This document shows positions 1 to 9,694 of a stretch of 64,000 nucleotides of DNA, piece by piece. This DNA is from an uncultured bacterium (GTDB taxonomy: Bacteria > Patescibacteriota > Minisyncoccia > Phycocordibacterales > PALSA-1337). Below the pieces are notes generated by a model, which was not told where the DNA came from, did not search any database, and saw nothing but the letters and a program-made list of their open reading frames with translations. The first letter of the stretch is position 1, and each line of letters begins with the position of its first letter. The stretch lies in contig CAIMDG010000001.1 of assembly GCA_903839725.1 (NCBI GenBank), positions 3,558-67,557 of the forward strand, read 5' to 3'. The translations under genes and the position numbers were made by a program.

Positions 1-624
1 GTACATCTTACGTAAGAATATACCGACGTTATATTCAGCAAATTGAATGTATTCAAGGAGATTTTGAGGTGTACGAACTTTGATAGCTGGAGTAACAGCC
101 ATAACTTCAGGATTACTGAAATAAGGAAGCATCCGTTGTAATGCTTCTGGGTGTACAAATGAGTCCGCATCCAAACAACTGATGAGATCACTTGTGCTGT
201 GTTCAATGCCAAAATTGACTGCAGTATGCTTGCCACCATTTTCCTTATGAAATATTTGAACACGTGGATCATTTCTATATTGTTCGAGATATGACCAGGT
301 ATTGTCTGTACTTCCATCGTCAACAGCCATGATTGAAAGTTTGTCAGCAGGATAATTCATGCTCTTCAAAGATTCGATAGTGCCAATGACCGTTGCTTCT
401 TCGTTGAAACAAGGAACAATGACGGTCACTGTAGGGTAGTTGATCGGTGTTGGGGAGCTACCAGACGCTTGCGCCACAACAGTGAGTTGTGCCCGTTTCT
501 TCTTTTGCTGTGCATCGTAGTACTCGAAAAGGGTGATTATCAAAAAAATCTGCACATAGAGTGAGATAAATAAGAATGTGTGTACAGATATAGACGCCAA
601 AGAGAGCATATGTCCTACTAGCAT
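1..624 (-). CDS. Family 2 glycosyltransferase (PgaC/IcaA/cellulose-synthase-like), runs off the window edge
   Basis: Manual translation of the minus strand from ATG 624 gives an N-terminal TM segment, then YPTVTVIVPCFNEE, AVDDGSTD, ENGGKHTAVN and CLDADS motifs. Not in the ORF track because its stop lies outside the window. Confidence 0.9.
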   Translation of the reverse strand, partial: MLVGHMLSLASISVHTFLFISLYVQIFLIITLFEYYDAQQKKKRAQLTVVAQASGSSPTPINYPTVTVIVPCFNEEATVIGTIESLKSMNYPADKLSIMAVDDGSTDNTWSYLEQYRNDPRVQIFHKENGGKHTAVNFGIEHSTSDLISCLDADSFVHPEALQRMLPYFSNPEVMAVTPAIKVRTPQNLLEYIQFAEYNVGIFLRKMY

Positions 625-660
625 ACGGTATATTCGATGTTTTTTCAATCTTTTATATTC

Positions 661-786
661 AGAACGGCACAGGAGGTGTGTGTACTCATTTTGTGCAGAA
701 GTTTGTAAACATCGAGGTAAGCGGTGTAATGTACATGTCTCTAAACTTCTGCACAAAATGAGTACACACACCTCCTGTGCCGTTCT
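661..786. repeat. Inverted-repeat element family 1, copy A (44-bp perfect arms, 38-nt core)
   Basis: 661-704 agaacggcacaggaggtgtgtgtactcattttgtgcagaagttt is the exact reverse complement of 743-786. Homologous to 24661-24790 and 29476-29603. Confidence 0.95.
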
Positions 787-832
787 TCGTTAAAAGATGA
801 AAAACATCTAATTTTCTGCTAAAGTATGTGAC

Positions 833-1543
833 ATGAACCCAGATCAGAAAGGCCATCTTCACCCGATAACACAGGTTATTCGAGAAATATACCCATTATT
901 CCAAGGATTGGGTTTTTCTATTGCTGATGGGCCAGAATTGGAAGATGAGTTTCATAACTTCGACGCCTTGAATGTTCCCAAGGATCACCCAGCTCGTGAC
1001 ATGCAAGATACGTTTTGGATCAAGAATTCAAAAGGCGATGCTGGTCAACGACTTGTTTTGAGAACACACACGTCTCCGGTACAGATTCGATATATGGAGA
1101 CGCACCAAGCGCCGATCCGCATTCTTGTCCCTGGAAAAGTATTTCGTAATGAAGCGACTGACGCTACACATGAAGCACAATTCTTCCAGACAGAAGGGTT
1201 GTATGTTGATACACACGTTTCTTTGGCGCATTTGAAGGGGACACTTGAGGCTATGTTCAAGAAACTATTTGGTGATGATGTTGAGATTCGTTTTGTACCG
1301 AGCTTCTTCCCATTCACGGAGCCAAGTGTTGAAGTACATATGCGTTGGAAGGGTAAGTGGCTTGAAATGGGTGGCGCAGGACTCGTCAATCCGGTAGTTC
1401 TCAAAGCTGCAGGAATTGATCCTGCTAAGTGGCAAGGCTATGCGTTCGGTTTTGGCCTTGATCGTATCGCTATGCTCAAATTTGGCATTGATGATGTGAG
1501 ACATTTGTATACAGGTGATTTGAGATTGATAAATCAATTTTAA
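833..1543 (+). CDS. pheS: Phenylalanine--tRNA ligase alpha subunit (lacks the N-terminal coiled coil)
   Basis: GHLHP, NFDALN..HPARDMQDTF, LRTHTSPVQ, FFPFTEPS and FGFGLDRIAM motifs. Confidence 0.97.
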   Translation: MNPDQKGHLHPITQVIREIYPLFQGLGFSIADGPELEDEFHNFDALNVPKDHPARDMQDTFWIKNSKGDAGQRLVLRTHTSPVQIRYMETHQAPIRILVPGKVFRNEATDATHEAQFFQTEGLYVDTHVSLAHLKGTLEAMFKKLFGDDVEIRFVPSFFPFTEPSVEVHMRWKGKWLEMGGAGLVNPVVLKAAGIDPAKWQGYAFGFGLDRIAMLKFGIDDVRHLYTGDLRLINQF

Positions 1544-1545
1544 GT

Positions 1546-3498
1546 ATGAAAATTTCCTACAATTGGCTCCAAAACTATTTTGAGAAACCACTTCCAACTC
1601 CAGAAAAACTGAAGGATGTATTTGATTTTCATTCATTAGAAGTTGAAGGATTTGATGAGGTAATGGATTCATCCCTGCCTGCGCAGGCAGGAGAAAAAGT
1701 AACTGAAACAGTTTTTGATATTAAAGTACTCCCCGATCGTGCGCATTTTATGTTGTCGCACAAGGGTGTAGCTGAGGATTTGTCAGTACTCTTAAATATG
1801 CCTTTGAAAAAGAGCGAGATTCCACCTCCACCAGCTCCAACTATTGCGACTGCACCACATATAACTATTCAAGACCCTCAATTCTGTCGTCGTTATGTAG
1901 GCCAATATGTTGAAGGGATTACTGTAGGCGAGTCACCGGCATGGATACAAACATATCTTGAAGCAGTTGGTGGTCGCCCGATCAATTCTATTGTTGATGC
2001 GACGAATATAACGATGTTCAATATAGGTCAACCATTACATGCATTCGATGCTGACAAGGTAGTTGGAGATATCGTCGTGCGAACTGCGACTGATGGTGAA
2101 AAGATAACACTACTCGATGGTGCTGAAGTTATGTTGAAGGCTGGTGAATATGTCATTGCTGATACTGAAGGACCTCTCGCTATTGCTGGAGTAAAAGGTG
2201 GTAAGCGTGCAGAAGTATCTGCTTCAACAACAAAGATTATCGTTGAATCTGCGAATTTTGATCCAACAATAGTTCGTCGTACATCAACTCGTCTCAATCT
2301 TCGCAATGAATCTTCAAAACGTTTCGAAAATGAAATTACTCCCGAGCTCACTCTCCAAGGTATGAGCGATATGATGGCTTTGGTCAAAGAATTGTGTCCA
2401 CAAGCGAAATGGGGACCTGTTGTCGATATATATCCTACCAAAGCACAACAGACTGTTATTGCTTTCAATCCTGCATATATCGAAGAACGATTGGGTGTGA
2501 AGATTCCTGAGACTGATATAAAAAATATCCTTGAAAGGAGTGGAATTGCTATTGATTCGAAGTGGAACCTCACCATTCCATTCAAACGCCTCGACCTCAT
2601 CATCCCTGAAGATATTGTTGAAGAAGTTGGTCGTGCATATGGACTTGAACATATAACTGGAATACTTCCACCACAGACAGAAAAGCCTGTTGAAGTATTG
2701 TCTACGTACTATCTGTCAGAAAAGATAAAGAATATTCTTGCTGGTATAGGTTTTTCAGAAGTAAGTTTGTATGCACTGGTCGCAAAAGGGGATATTGAAA
2801 CGTCATATCCATTGGCACGTGATAAAGCATTCCTTAGAAAAAATCTTGCTGACAACATGATGGCATGTGTGGAGAAAAATGCATTGAATGCAGATTTGAT
2901 AGGTCTTGAGGCAGTAAAGGTATTTGAAATTGGTCATGTATTTTCTAAGGGTGGAGAGACCATTTCACTATCACTTGGTGCCGCTCAGATAAAGAAGGTC
3001 AAGGGATTTAAGCCAGAACAAATTATCACTGAGGCTATTCAAGCCTTGAATGAAGGGCTTGCAGTAACTATTGCCGTACCAAAAAATACTGTAAAAGGGA
3101 ACTATGTTGTGTGTGAAATAAATTTGAGTGAACTCGTGAAGTCATTCAAGTCGAGCGAATCATATTCTGATTTGAATTTTGGCAGTACATCAGAAAATCG
3201 TTATAAGAAAATATCACCATATCCATTTATGGTCCGTGACATCGCAGTATTTGTACCTGAGGGTGTTCAAGATACTGCGGTCTGGGAAGTTGTCCAGCAA
3301 GGTATAACTGAATCAAAAGCTAATGATTTACTTGTACGTCATGCACTTTTTGACACATTCAAGAAAGATGGAAAGACGTCATATGCATTCCGTTTAGTAT
3401 TTCAATCAATGGAGAGAACACTTACTGACGATGAAGCCAATGGAATCATGGAAAAGATTTACACAGGAATGAAAGTGAAGAATTGGGAGGTGAGATAA
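1546..3498 (+). CDS. pheT: Phenylalanine--tRNA ligase beta subunit (short form)
   Basis: MKISYNWL start, GQPLHAFD, IAGVKGG and EDIVEEVGR motifs, C-terminal FDX-ACB domain; follows pheS. Confidence 0.95.
   Translation: MKISYNWLQNYFEKPLPTPEKLKDVFDFHSLEVEGFDEVMDSSLPAQAGEKVTETVFDIKVLPDRAHFMLSHKGVAEDLSVLLNMPLKKSEIPPPPAPTIATAPHITIQDPQFCRRYVGQYVEGITVGESPAWIQTYLEAVGGRPINSIVDATNITMFNIGQPLHAFDADKVVGDIVVRTATDGEKITLLDGAEVMLKAGEYVIADTEGPLAIAGVKGGKRAEVSASTTKIIVESANFDPTIVRRTSTRLNLRNESSKRFENEITPELTLQGMSDMMALVKELCPQAKWGPVVDIYPTKAQQTVIAFNPAYIEERLGVKIPETDIKNILERSGIAIDSKWNLTIPFKRLDLIIPEDIVEEVGRAYGLEHITGILPPQTEKPVEVLSTYYLSEKIKNILAGIGFSEVSLYALVAKGDIETSYPLARDKAFLRKNLADNMMACVEKNALNADLIGLEAVKVFEIGHVFSKGGETISLSLGAAQIKKVKGFKPEQIITEAIQALNEGLAVTIAVPKNTVKGNYVVCEINLSELVKSFKSSESYSDLNFGSTSENRYKKISPYPFMVRDIAVFVPEGVQDTAVWEVVQQGITESKANDLLVRHALFDTFKKDGKTSYAFRLVFQSMERTLTDDEANGIMEKIYTGMKVKNWEVR
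1674..1691. repeat. 18-bp perfect palindrome inside pheT
   Basis: cctgcctgcgcaggcagg is self-complementary and lies within ...SSLPAQAGEK... Confidence 0.85.
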
Positions 3499-3500
3499 TA

Positions 3501-3530
3501 AAAGCCACCGGAGAAATGTCCGATGGCTTT
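3501..3530. terminator. Probable bidirectional intrinsic terminator
   Basis: aaagccaccgga...tccgatggcttt hairpin between convergent genes. Confidence 0.6.
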
Positions 3531-3547
3531 GCCCAGTAATTGAATTA

Positions 3548-3952
3548 CTAGGCTACGTTTTGGGGTGCGAGGTTCTCCTCGATCACCTCATGAAATAAGG
3601 TGCGGAATGTTTCCAGGACGCGGTTGAATGAGACCTGTTGTTCATTCGCGAACTCACTCAATTGTCCGCGGAATTGCGTATTGTGACGCTGGTTCTGAAC
3701 AAGGGTTTTGCACAGTAACCATGCGATTTCTCCAGCCCGCTTTTCTTTGAAGCTGTTATGCAGATTGTTGTTCAATACCGCATTGTGAAAACGGTGGATC
3801 TCCCCGTGGGGAATCCCAGTCTTTTCCTCAAGCGTCTTACAGGCACGTCTTGATTTTTCGCTGTTGGGATTCTTGAAGGTGATGCGAATCTTGAGGCTGA
3901 TAATGATTACAGCCATTTGGCGCAACTCCTCGTCTGTCATGGTTCTTTTCAT
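3548..3952 (-). CDS. Hypothetical protein
   Basis: ORF track 3548-3964; first ATG at 3952; no recognisable motif. Confidence 0.6.
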   Translation of the reverse strand: MKRTMTDEELRQMAVIIISLKIRITFKNPNSEKSRRACKTLEEKTGIPHGEIHRFHNAVLNNNLHNSFKEKRAGEIAWLLCKTLVQNQRHNTQFRGQLSEFANEQQVSFNRVLETFRTLFHEVIEENLAPQNVA

Positions 3953-4071
3953 AATTTCTTTCAAAAGCCAAGCCTGTGCCTGGCGAACAATTTTTTACAT
4001 ATATAACACACGAATTGTGCTATTGTCAATGTATATAAAAACACCACTTCCTGGGGAAGTGGTTGAGTGAA

Positions 4072-4437
4072 TTATTTGCATTTGTAAGTGACACGAATCT
4101 CGCGAACACTACCCGTGTCATCTTTGAGAAAGAAAAGTTCTTGTTTTCTTCCTTTCTGATCTGTGGCCGGGACTCGAGATGAGACTGTTGTGCCGAAAGC
4201 GACAATAATTTCTTCTGAATATAGTGTGATGCGCCGAGACACATGATGCTTCGGAATCTTTTTCTTTGATACGCAAGGAATCAAATTGATTGTTAACCAT
4301 TCAGTTTTTGGTGAAGGTTGTCCAGAAATGTCTTTTTCGAGAAATAATAGTCCGTGGACTTGCCATCGTTTTCTCGTGTCTTGAAAATGTGCCCGACAGT
4401 CAGAACTGATAAGTACCCTAACTTCCCCAAGGTTCAT
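4072..4437 (-). CDS. Hypothetical protein
   Basis: 121-aa ORF preceded by an aggagg Shine-Dalgarno sequence. Confidence 0.65.
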   Translation of the reverse strand: MNLGEVRVLISSDCRAHFQDTRKRWQVHGLLFLEKDISGQPSPKTEWLTINLIPCVSKKKIPKHHVSRRITLYSEEIIVAFGTTVSSRVPATDQKGRKQELFFLKDDTGSVREIRVTYKCK

Positions 4438-4632
4438 AAATCCTCCTATGCAGTTAATTGTTTGTCTGGAATATATTCTCTACCTCTATTTGATATATGT
4501 CAACAAAATAAGGCTCAAATACAGAACATTTCCCCAATTCGTCAATAGCTTTATGTTCATAATTTTGCTATAATTATGAGGTAAAAATTAAGTAGAAATT
4601 GTCTTATACAAAGAGCTCAACCTCTTCATTTT

Positions 4633-6756
4633 ATGTCTGAAAAACCCAAGCCAACTAAAGCAAAAAAAGAGAATAGTTACAGCGCCGATTCGATTCAGGT
4701 CCTTGAAGGGTTGGAACCAGTTCGCAAGCGCCCCGGTATGTACATTGGTACGACTGGACCAGACGGCTTGCATCATTTGATCACAGAAATTTTCGATAAC
4801 TCACGTGATGAAGCGATGGGTGGTTTTGCCAATGATATTGAAATTGCGCTTCTTCCTGGAAATAGAGTTCGTGTTGTCGACAATGGCCGTGGTATCCCTG
4901 TCGATATCCAAAAGCAGACCAAGGTATCAGCTCTCGAAACAATCATGACCGTTCTTCACGCCGGAGGTAAGTTTGGTGGTGAAGATAGTGGATACAAAGT
5001 TTCAGGAGGTCTTCACGGTGTGGGTGCTTCAGTGGTGAACGCTCTTTCCGTATATACACAAGTTATCGTACACAAAGATGGTGGGGTATACATGCAGGAA
5101 TATTCTCAGGGCAAACGCAAGGCTGCGGTGAAGAAGATTGGCTCTTCAAAACTCCATGGAACTATCGTTACATTTGAACCAGATCCCATTATTTTCAAGG
5201 AAGGCGTGATATTCGATTGGAATCGTGTCGTAAATCACATGCGTCAACAGGCATACCTCGTTCCAAGTTTGCGCATTTCAGTGATCGATGCACGCAATCA
5301 AATCTCTGGTTTTGGCTCAGACAATGAAATTTTCTATCTTCGTGAGACTGGAGTTGATGCACCATCATTCACATTCTATTTTGAAGGAGGTCTTTCATCG
5401 CTTGTTCGATTTACGAACCAGTTGATCAAGCCAATTCACAAAAATATTTTTTATGTCGAGAAGAAGGTTGAAGGCGTTGAGTCTGTAGAAGTTGCTTTGC
5501 AGTATGCTGACGACGTGTCTGGACGTATTCTTGGCTTTGCGAACAATATCAATACACCAGAAGGAGGTACTCATGTGACCGGATTCAAGACCGCACTTAC
5601 ACGTACACTCAATACCTATGCCAAGAATAACAATATGGCCAAAGGTGACGGCGATACATTCACTGGAGATGATGCTCTCGAAGGATTGACCGCTGTTGTT
5701 TCGGTGAAGCTCCGCGAAATACAATTCGAAGGTCAAACCAAGGCAAAACTTGGTTCGATGGAAGCGCAGGGTGCTACCGCCAATGTATTTGGTGAAGCAT
5801 TTGCAATGTTCCTTGAAGAGAATCCTGATGATGCACGCAGTATCATCAACAAGGTTATTCTTGCCATGAAGGCTCGTAAGGCTGCGAAGGCTGCAAAGGA
5901 CTCTGTGCTTCGTAAGGGTGCACTCGAAGGTATGACACTCCCAGGCAAGCTTGCTGACTGTCAGTCAAATGATCCGAAAGAATCAGAACTCTTCATTGTG
6001 GAGGGAGATTCTGCGGGAGGTACTGCCAAGCAAGGTCGCGATCGCAAATTCCAAGCTATTCTCCCACTTCGTGGAAAGATTTTGAATATTGAACGTGCTC
6101 GTCTCGATCGTATGCTTGGTTCAGAGCAGATCAAGAACCTCGTGCTCGCATTCGGTACAGCTATTGGTGATACTTTTGATATTACCAATCTTCGCTATCA
6201 CAAGATTATTCTTGCAACAGATGCCGACGTTGACGGTGCTCACATTCGTACACTTATTTTAACTCTGTTATTTAGATATTTCCGCCCACTCGTTGATGCT
6301 GGTCATATATTTATTGCACAGCCACCATTGTATAAGGTGAAGCGTGGTAAAGAGATTCTTTATTTCTATAGTGATGAAGAAAAGTTTAAAGCTCTTGGTA
6401 AAGATGTTGACGAGGCTGCTATGGCGGAAGCTGAGAATGCAGGAATGGAAGATGATAAGGATCGCATGCTCGATGCTGCAGGTGCTGATAAAAATGTTAA
6501 GGCCGAAGAAACTGAGGAGGTCAATACCAAGAAGGCTCCAAAGATTTCAATTCAACGCTATAAAGGTCTTGGAGAAATGAACCATGATGAGTTGTGGGAA
6601 ACTACTATGGATCCGATGAGACGTATTCTTCGTCAGGTGACAGTAGATGATGCCATTGAAGCTGATAAGGTCTTCGATATGCTCATGGGTGATGATGTGC
6701 CTGCAAGAAAGTCATTTATTCAGTCGAACGCTAAGTTGGCGAATCTCGACATTTAG
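4633..6756 (+). CDS. gyrB: DNA gyrase subunit B
   Basis: LEGLEPVRKRPGMYIG, DNGRGIP, GGLHGVGASVVNALS, EGDSAGG, DADVDGAHI and QRYKGLGEM motifs. Confidence 0.97.
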   Translation: MSEKPKPTKAKKENSYSADSIQVLEGLEPVRKRPGMYIGTTGPDGLHHLITEIFDNSRDEAMGGFANDIEIALLPGNRVRVVDNGRGIPVDIQKQTKVSALETIMTVLHAGGKFGGEDSGYKVSGGLHGVGASVVNALSVYTQVIVHKDGGVYMQEYSQGKRKAAVKKIGSSKLHGTIVTFEPDPIIFKEGVIFDWNRVVNHMRQQAYLVPSLRISVIDARNQISGFGSDNEIFYLRETGVDAPSFTFYFEGGLSSLVRFTNQLIKPIHKNIFYVEKKVEGVESVEVALQYADDVSGRILGFANNINTPEGGTHVTGFKTALTRTLNTYAKNNNMAKGDGDTFTGDDALEGLTAVVSVKLREIQFEGQTKAKLGSMEAQGATANVFGEAFAMFLEENPDDARSIINKVILAMKARKAAKAAKDSVLRKGALEGMTLPGKLADCQSNDPKESELFIVEGDSAGGTAKQGRDRKFQAILPLRGKILNIERARLDRMLGSEQIKNLVLAFGTAIGDTFDITNLRYHKIILATDADVDGAHIRTLILTLLFRYFRPLVDAGHIFIAQPPLYKVKRGKEILYFYSDEEKFKALGKDVDEAAMAEAENAGMEDDKDRMLDAAGADKNVKAEETEEVNTKKAPKISIQRYKGLGEMNHDELWETTMDPMRRILRQVTVDDAIEADKVFDMLMGDDVPARKSFIQSNAKLANLDI

Positions 6757-6780
6757 TCCACTGGTTTTGTACAATAGAAG

Positions 6781-7261
6781 CGATGCAAATACGCAAATGC
6801 ATGCGAATGACGCGAATAAACGCATCCTTTTATTATGGTTCATCAAGAATCAAAGGTTATTTATCCAGAACTCTCCTATGTTATTACGGGGGTTTGTTTT
6901 GATGTACATAATCAAATAGGAAGATTTGCAAAAGAAAAACACTATGCAGATTTGCTTGAGGATCAATTAATAGAAAGAAAAATAATATATAGTAGAGAAC
7001 ACATTATTCCTAATACAGGCGACAGAATCGATTTTCTTATTGATGAGAAGATTATTGTAGAAATAAAAGCAAAGACACTGATAGTAAAACAAGACTATTA
7101 TCAAACTTAAAGATATTTACATGCTACTAACAAGAAATTAGGTTTATTGGTCAATTTCCGTAGTCGTTATTTGAAACCTATAAGAGTAATTAATGCCGAT
7201 ATACACTAAATAAGGATGCGACGTATTCGCGTCATTCGCAGGCATTTGCGTATTTGCATCG
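6781..7261. mobile_element. Element bounded by ~50-bp terminal inverted repeats carrying a GxxExxY gene
   Basis: 6781-6829 and 7212-7261 are near-exact reverse complements (cgatgcaaatacgcaaatgc.tgcgaatgacgcgaata...gcatcctt). Mobility is inferred. Confidence 0.7.
6835..7209 (+). pseudogene. GxxExxY-family (PD-(D/E)XK-like) protein interrupted by an in-frame TAA at 7108-7110
   Basis: YPELSY.I.G.CFDVHN.IGRFAKEKHY...RIDFLIDEKIIVEIKA. The same frame continues after the stop as RYLHATNKKLGLLVNF...IH* to 7209. Confidence 0.85.
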
Positions 7262-7726
7262 TTATACTGTCTTCACTTTCAACCTTGCCTGCTTCTTCTT
7301 ATCCAACTTAGGAAGTTTCAAAATAAGTAACCCATGCTTCTCGACAGCCTCAGCTTCATCGACATCTATCTCTTCAGGGAGCTGAATAGAACGAGAGAAT
7401 GAACCCCAGTAGAGCTCACGGACGTAGTAGTCTTCTTCTTTGACACTGCGCTCTTCTTCACGTTTACCATTGATGGTGACCATGTCGCGGGTGATAGAAA
7501 TATCGAGGTCTTCAGGGCGTACGCCAGCTATCATACTCTTGATGATGATCATGTCACTTGTCTGGTAGATATCAACAGTGAGTTCGGCATCCTTATCACT
7601 TTCTTCTTCTATCCACGAAACTGCTTCCTTGTCAGAAGATTTTTTTGAAAGTTTTGTTTCACCTTCCTCATTCATGCGAACTGTTCCTGTTAAGCGTTCA
7701 AAAAAGGTTCGTGTATCTTTTGCCAT
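7262..7726 (-). CDS. Hsp20/alpha-crystallin small heat-shock protein
   Basis: VDIYQT...IAGVRPEDLDI...ELYWGSFSRSIQLP...HGLLILKLPK. Confidence 0.93.
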   Translation of the reverse strand: MAKDTRTFFERLTGTVRMNEEGETKLSKKSSDKEAVSWIEEESDKDAELTVDIYQTSDMIIIKSMIAGVRPEDLDISITRDMVTINGKREEERSVKEEDYYVRELYWGSFSRSIQLPEEIDVDEAEAVEKHGLLILKLPKLDKKKQARLKVKTV

Positions 7727-7762
7727 AATAATGATGTGATTAGACGCGTAATTGTTTGATAA

Positions 7763-8461
7763 TTATACACCAGACTGTAACTTTCTCATATGCACAGCTT
7801 TTACTTCTTCAAATAGAATAATAAGGAGTACTACAGCACCCCAAATCCAACCAAATGTGCGAAGTGTTTGTTCGGTAGTTGCATTGAGTATTGAAATATT
7901 GAATAAGAAGTGAATAGTTATTGCCGCAATAACTCCGAGGCACGTTGCTGCCAACTTTACGAAACGTCCGTAGTAGTACACATATCCGATAGCAAAACCA
8001 ATAGAAGCAGAGCTTACGATATGTAAAAGTGTTGATCCGATAAAGCGCATATTTCCTGTAATCAAGCCTCGGGTAACCTCTCCGTTCAGTAAGGGGTCCA
8101 TAATGAAGAATGTATTTTCCAATGCAGCAAAACCGAGAGCAACAACAATACAATATATCATCGCATCGATAGGTTCTCTATTTTGCGTAGAGTGAAGGGC
8201 AAGAATGGCGACAACCATGAGCTTGAGTAGCTCCTCAACTGCCGCCCACAGGGCATACTGGATATTTGTATCAGCTATAACTTCAGAAATATATTTTTCG
8301 GTAAATCCAGCAATGATAACTGAGAACATTCCTGCAAAGAATAGGAATGCAATCAGTGAGCGTGGTTGTGCGTGAGAGTCTTCACGAAGCCAGAAAAAAA
8401 GCCAGATGAGAGAGGGGAGTATTCCGGCTACTGCGGCGTAAAAGAATGAACTTACAAGCAT
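7763..8461 (-). CDS. PrsW-family intramembrane metalloprotease
   Basis: AAVEELLK, ALGFAALEN, LLH and IHFLFN motifs; multiple TM segments. Confidence 0.9.
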   Translation of the reverse strand: MLVSSFFYAAVAGILPSLIWLFFWLREDSHAQPRSLIAFLFFAGMFSVIIAGFTEKYISEVIADTNIQYALWAAVEELLKLMVVAILALHSTQNREPIDAMIYCIVVALGFAALENTFFIMDPLLNGEVTRGLITGNMRFIGSTLLHIVSSASIGFAIGYVYYYGRFVKLAATCLGVIAAITIHFLFNISILNATTEQTLRTFGWIWGAVVLLIILFEEVKAVHMRKLQSGV

Positions 8462-8638
8462 ATTACATGTAATTATACGACAAAGATGAGTTGTGTCCTA
8501 TTCTTGACAAAAGCCCAATTTGTTGCTATACATAAAACTAGTTCCAAGTTCTGAATCTTGTACGAAATAAACTCTTGAGCAAGTGTCGCTCGCGCGACCG
8601 GTTTATTGAATATGGGGTTCTACAACTGAATAAAACAA

Positions 8639-9694
8639 ATGAAAAAAACATTGAGCGTTATTGCCCTGGCATTGTGCCTTGGCAGTAGCAAAACTGTCTG
8701 TGCGGCAACCTCGTCTGTGCCCGACATAACCGTCCGTTACTTCATCGTTACGGCCCCAACATCTCCCAGCAATTCGCTGTGTCTCCAGAATGTCATGGAC
8801 TATGTGGACAAGGGCGGCGTGACTGGACTGATTCCGACTGGTTATGCCAACGATCCGTTGGCACTCTATCAGCCGCATATCCTGCGGGTAAGTGACTTCA
8901 TCTACACTCCATCCAACTACTTCCTCCACGACGCAACAAATGGACCGACCGGTCCCTTTGCTACTGCTAACGGCGGTCGCATCGGCTGGAGTTGCGACTG
9001 GAAGTGTCGGACGCCATTCTATGCGAATGAAATCAACTTTGGGTGCGATAGTGATGAACCGGCACATTCGCTGTATTACATCGGCAACATTGCCACGAAT
9101 ACAGCAAACGGACTGGCTCTGACGTTCTCTTCGACACTCCGCGGTGAACTCTGGGACGCGAATGGAAAACCAATCGCGTGGTATTACAACGGCGAAGCTG
9201 TTGCGACCCACCCAGTCAATCGGGTGATTTGCCTCATTCGTGAGGGTTACTATGCAGCCAACACGAATCAAGTCGTGCTCGATCTCAACTACTTCAAGGG
9301 GCATCACCCCATGAAAGCCTGCGTTCAGTTTTATATGAACAACGGGCAAAGTGGGGGATTGTGCATGGACAGTCGTCCGTGGTTCGGTCTGACAGGGGTT
9401 ACCAATCATATTGGAGTTTACGCCCTCGAATGCCAGCGCCAACTTGGGCTGACATACACCATTCAAGGGGTTCCTGAAAATATGAACCCGCCTCAGTTGT
9501 GGGAAAACCTATATTCTGGGGTTGGTGACAGTTTCAGCTTCGTTGGTCCGTATTACCCCAATGGGTTCTTCCGGGCCTTCGAGGGAACGGTCATCATACC
9601 GCCCTCCCCGTCTGTGCAGACGTCGTTTGTATCAAAGGCTGCGTCAGCCTGGAAACCGTCGGTTCAAATCTCCAACGGTTCCCAGGATGAGTAA
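8639..9694 (+). CDS. Secreted hypothetical protein
   Basis: 351 aa with a signal peptide (MKKTLSVIALALCLG); GC-richer than its neighbours; hairpin terminator follows. Confidence 0.8.
   Translation: MKKTLSVIALALCLGSSKTVCAATSSVPDITVRYFIVTAPTSPSNSLCLQNVMDYVDKGGVTGLIPTGYANDPLALYQPHILRVSDFIYTPSNYFLHDATNGPTGPFATANGGRIGWSCDWKCRTPFYANEINFGCDSDEPAHSLYYIGNIATNTANGLALTFSSTLRGELWDANGKPIAWYYNGEAVATHPVNRVICLIREGYYAANTNQVVLDLNYFKGHHPMKACVQFYMNNGQSGGLCMDSRPWFGLTGVTNHIGVYALECQRQLGLTYTIQGVPENMNPPQLWENLYSGVGDSFSFVGPYYPNGFFRAFEGTVIIPPSPSVQTSFVSKAASAWKPSVQISNGSQDE

Noticed and set aside
578-793. 71-aa ORF
   Set aside because: It runs through inverted-repeat copy A and overlaps the GT2 start on the other strand; no protein motif.
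7108-7110. Stop-codon reassignment as an explanation for the internal stop
   Set aside because: The stop is TAA, and TAA, TAG and TGA all terminate intact genes elsewhere in the window, so the standard code applies.
8603-9466. 287-aa minus-strand ORF
   Set aside because: Antisense shadow of the signal-peptide-bearing ORF 8639-9694.
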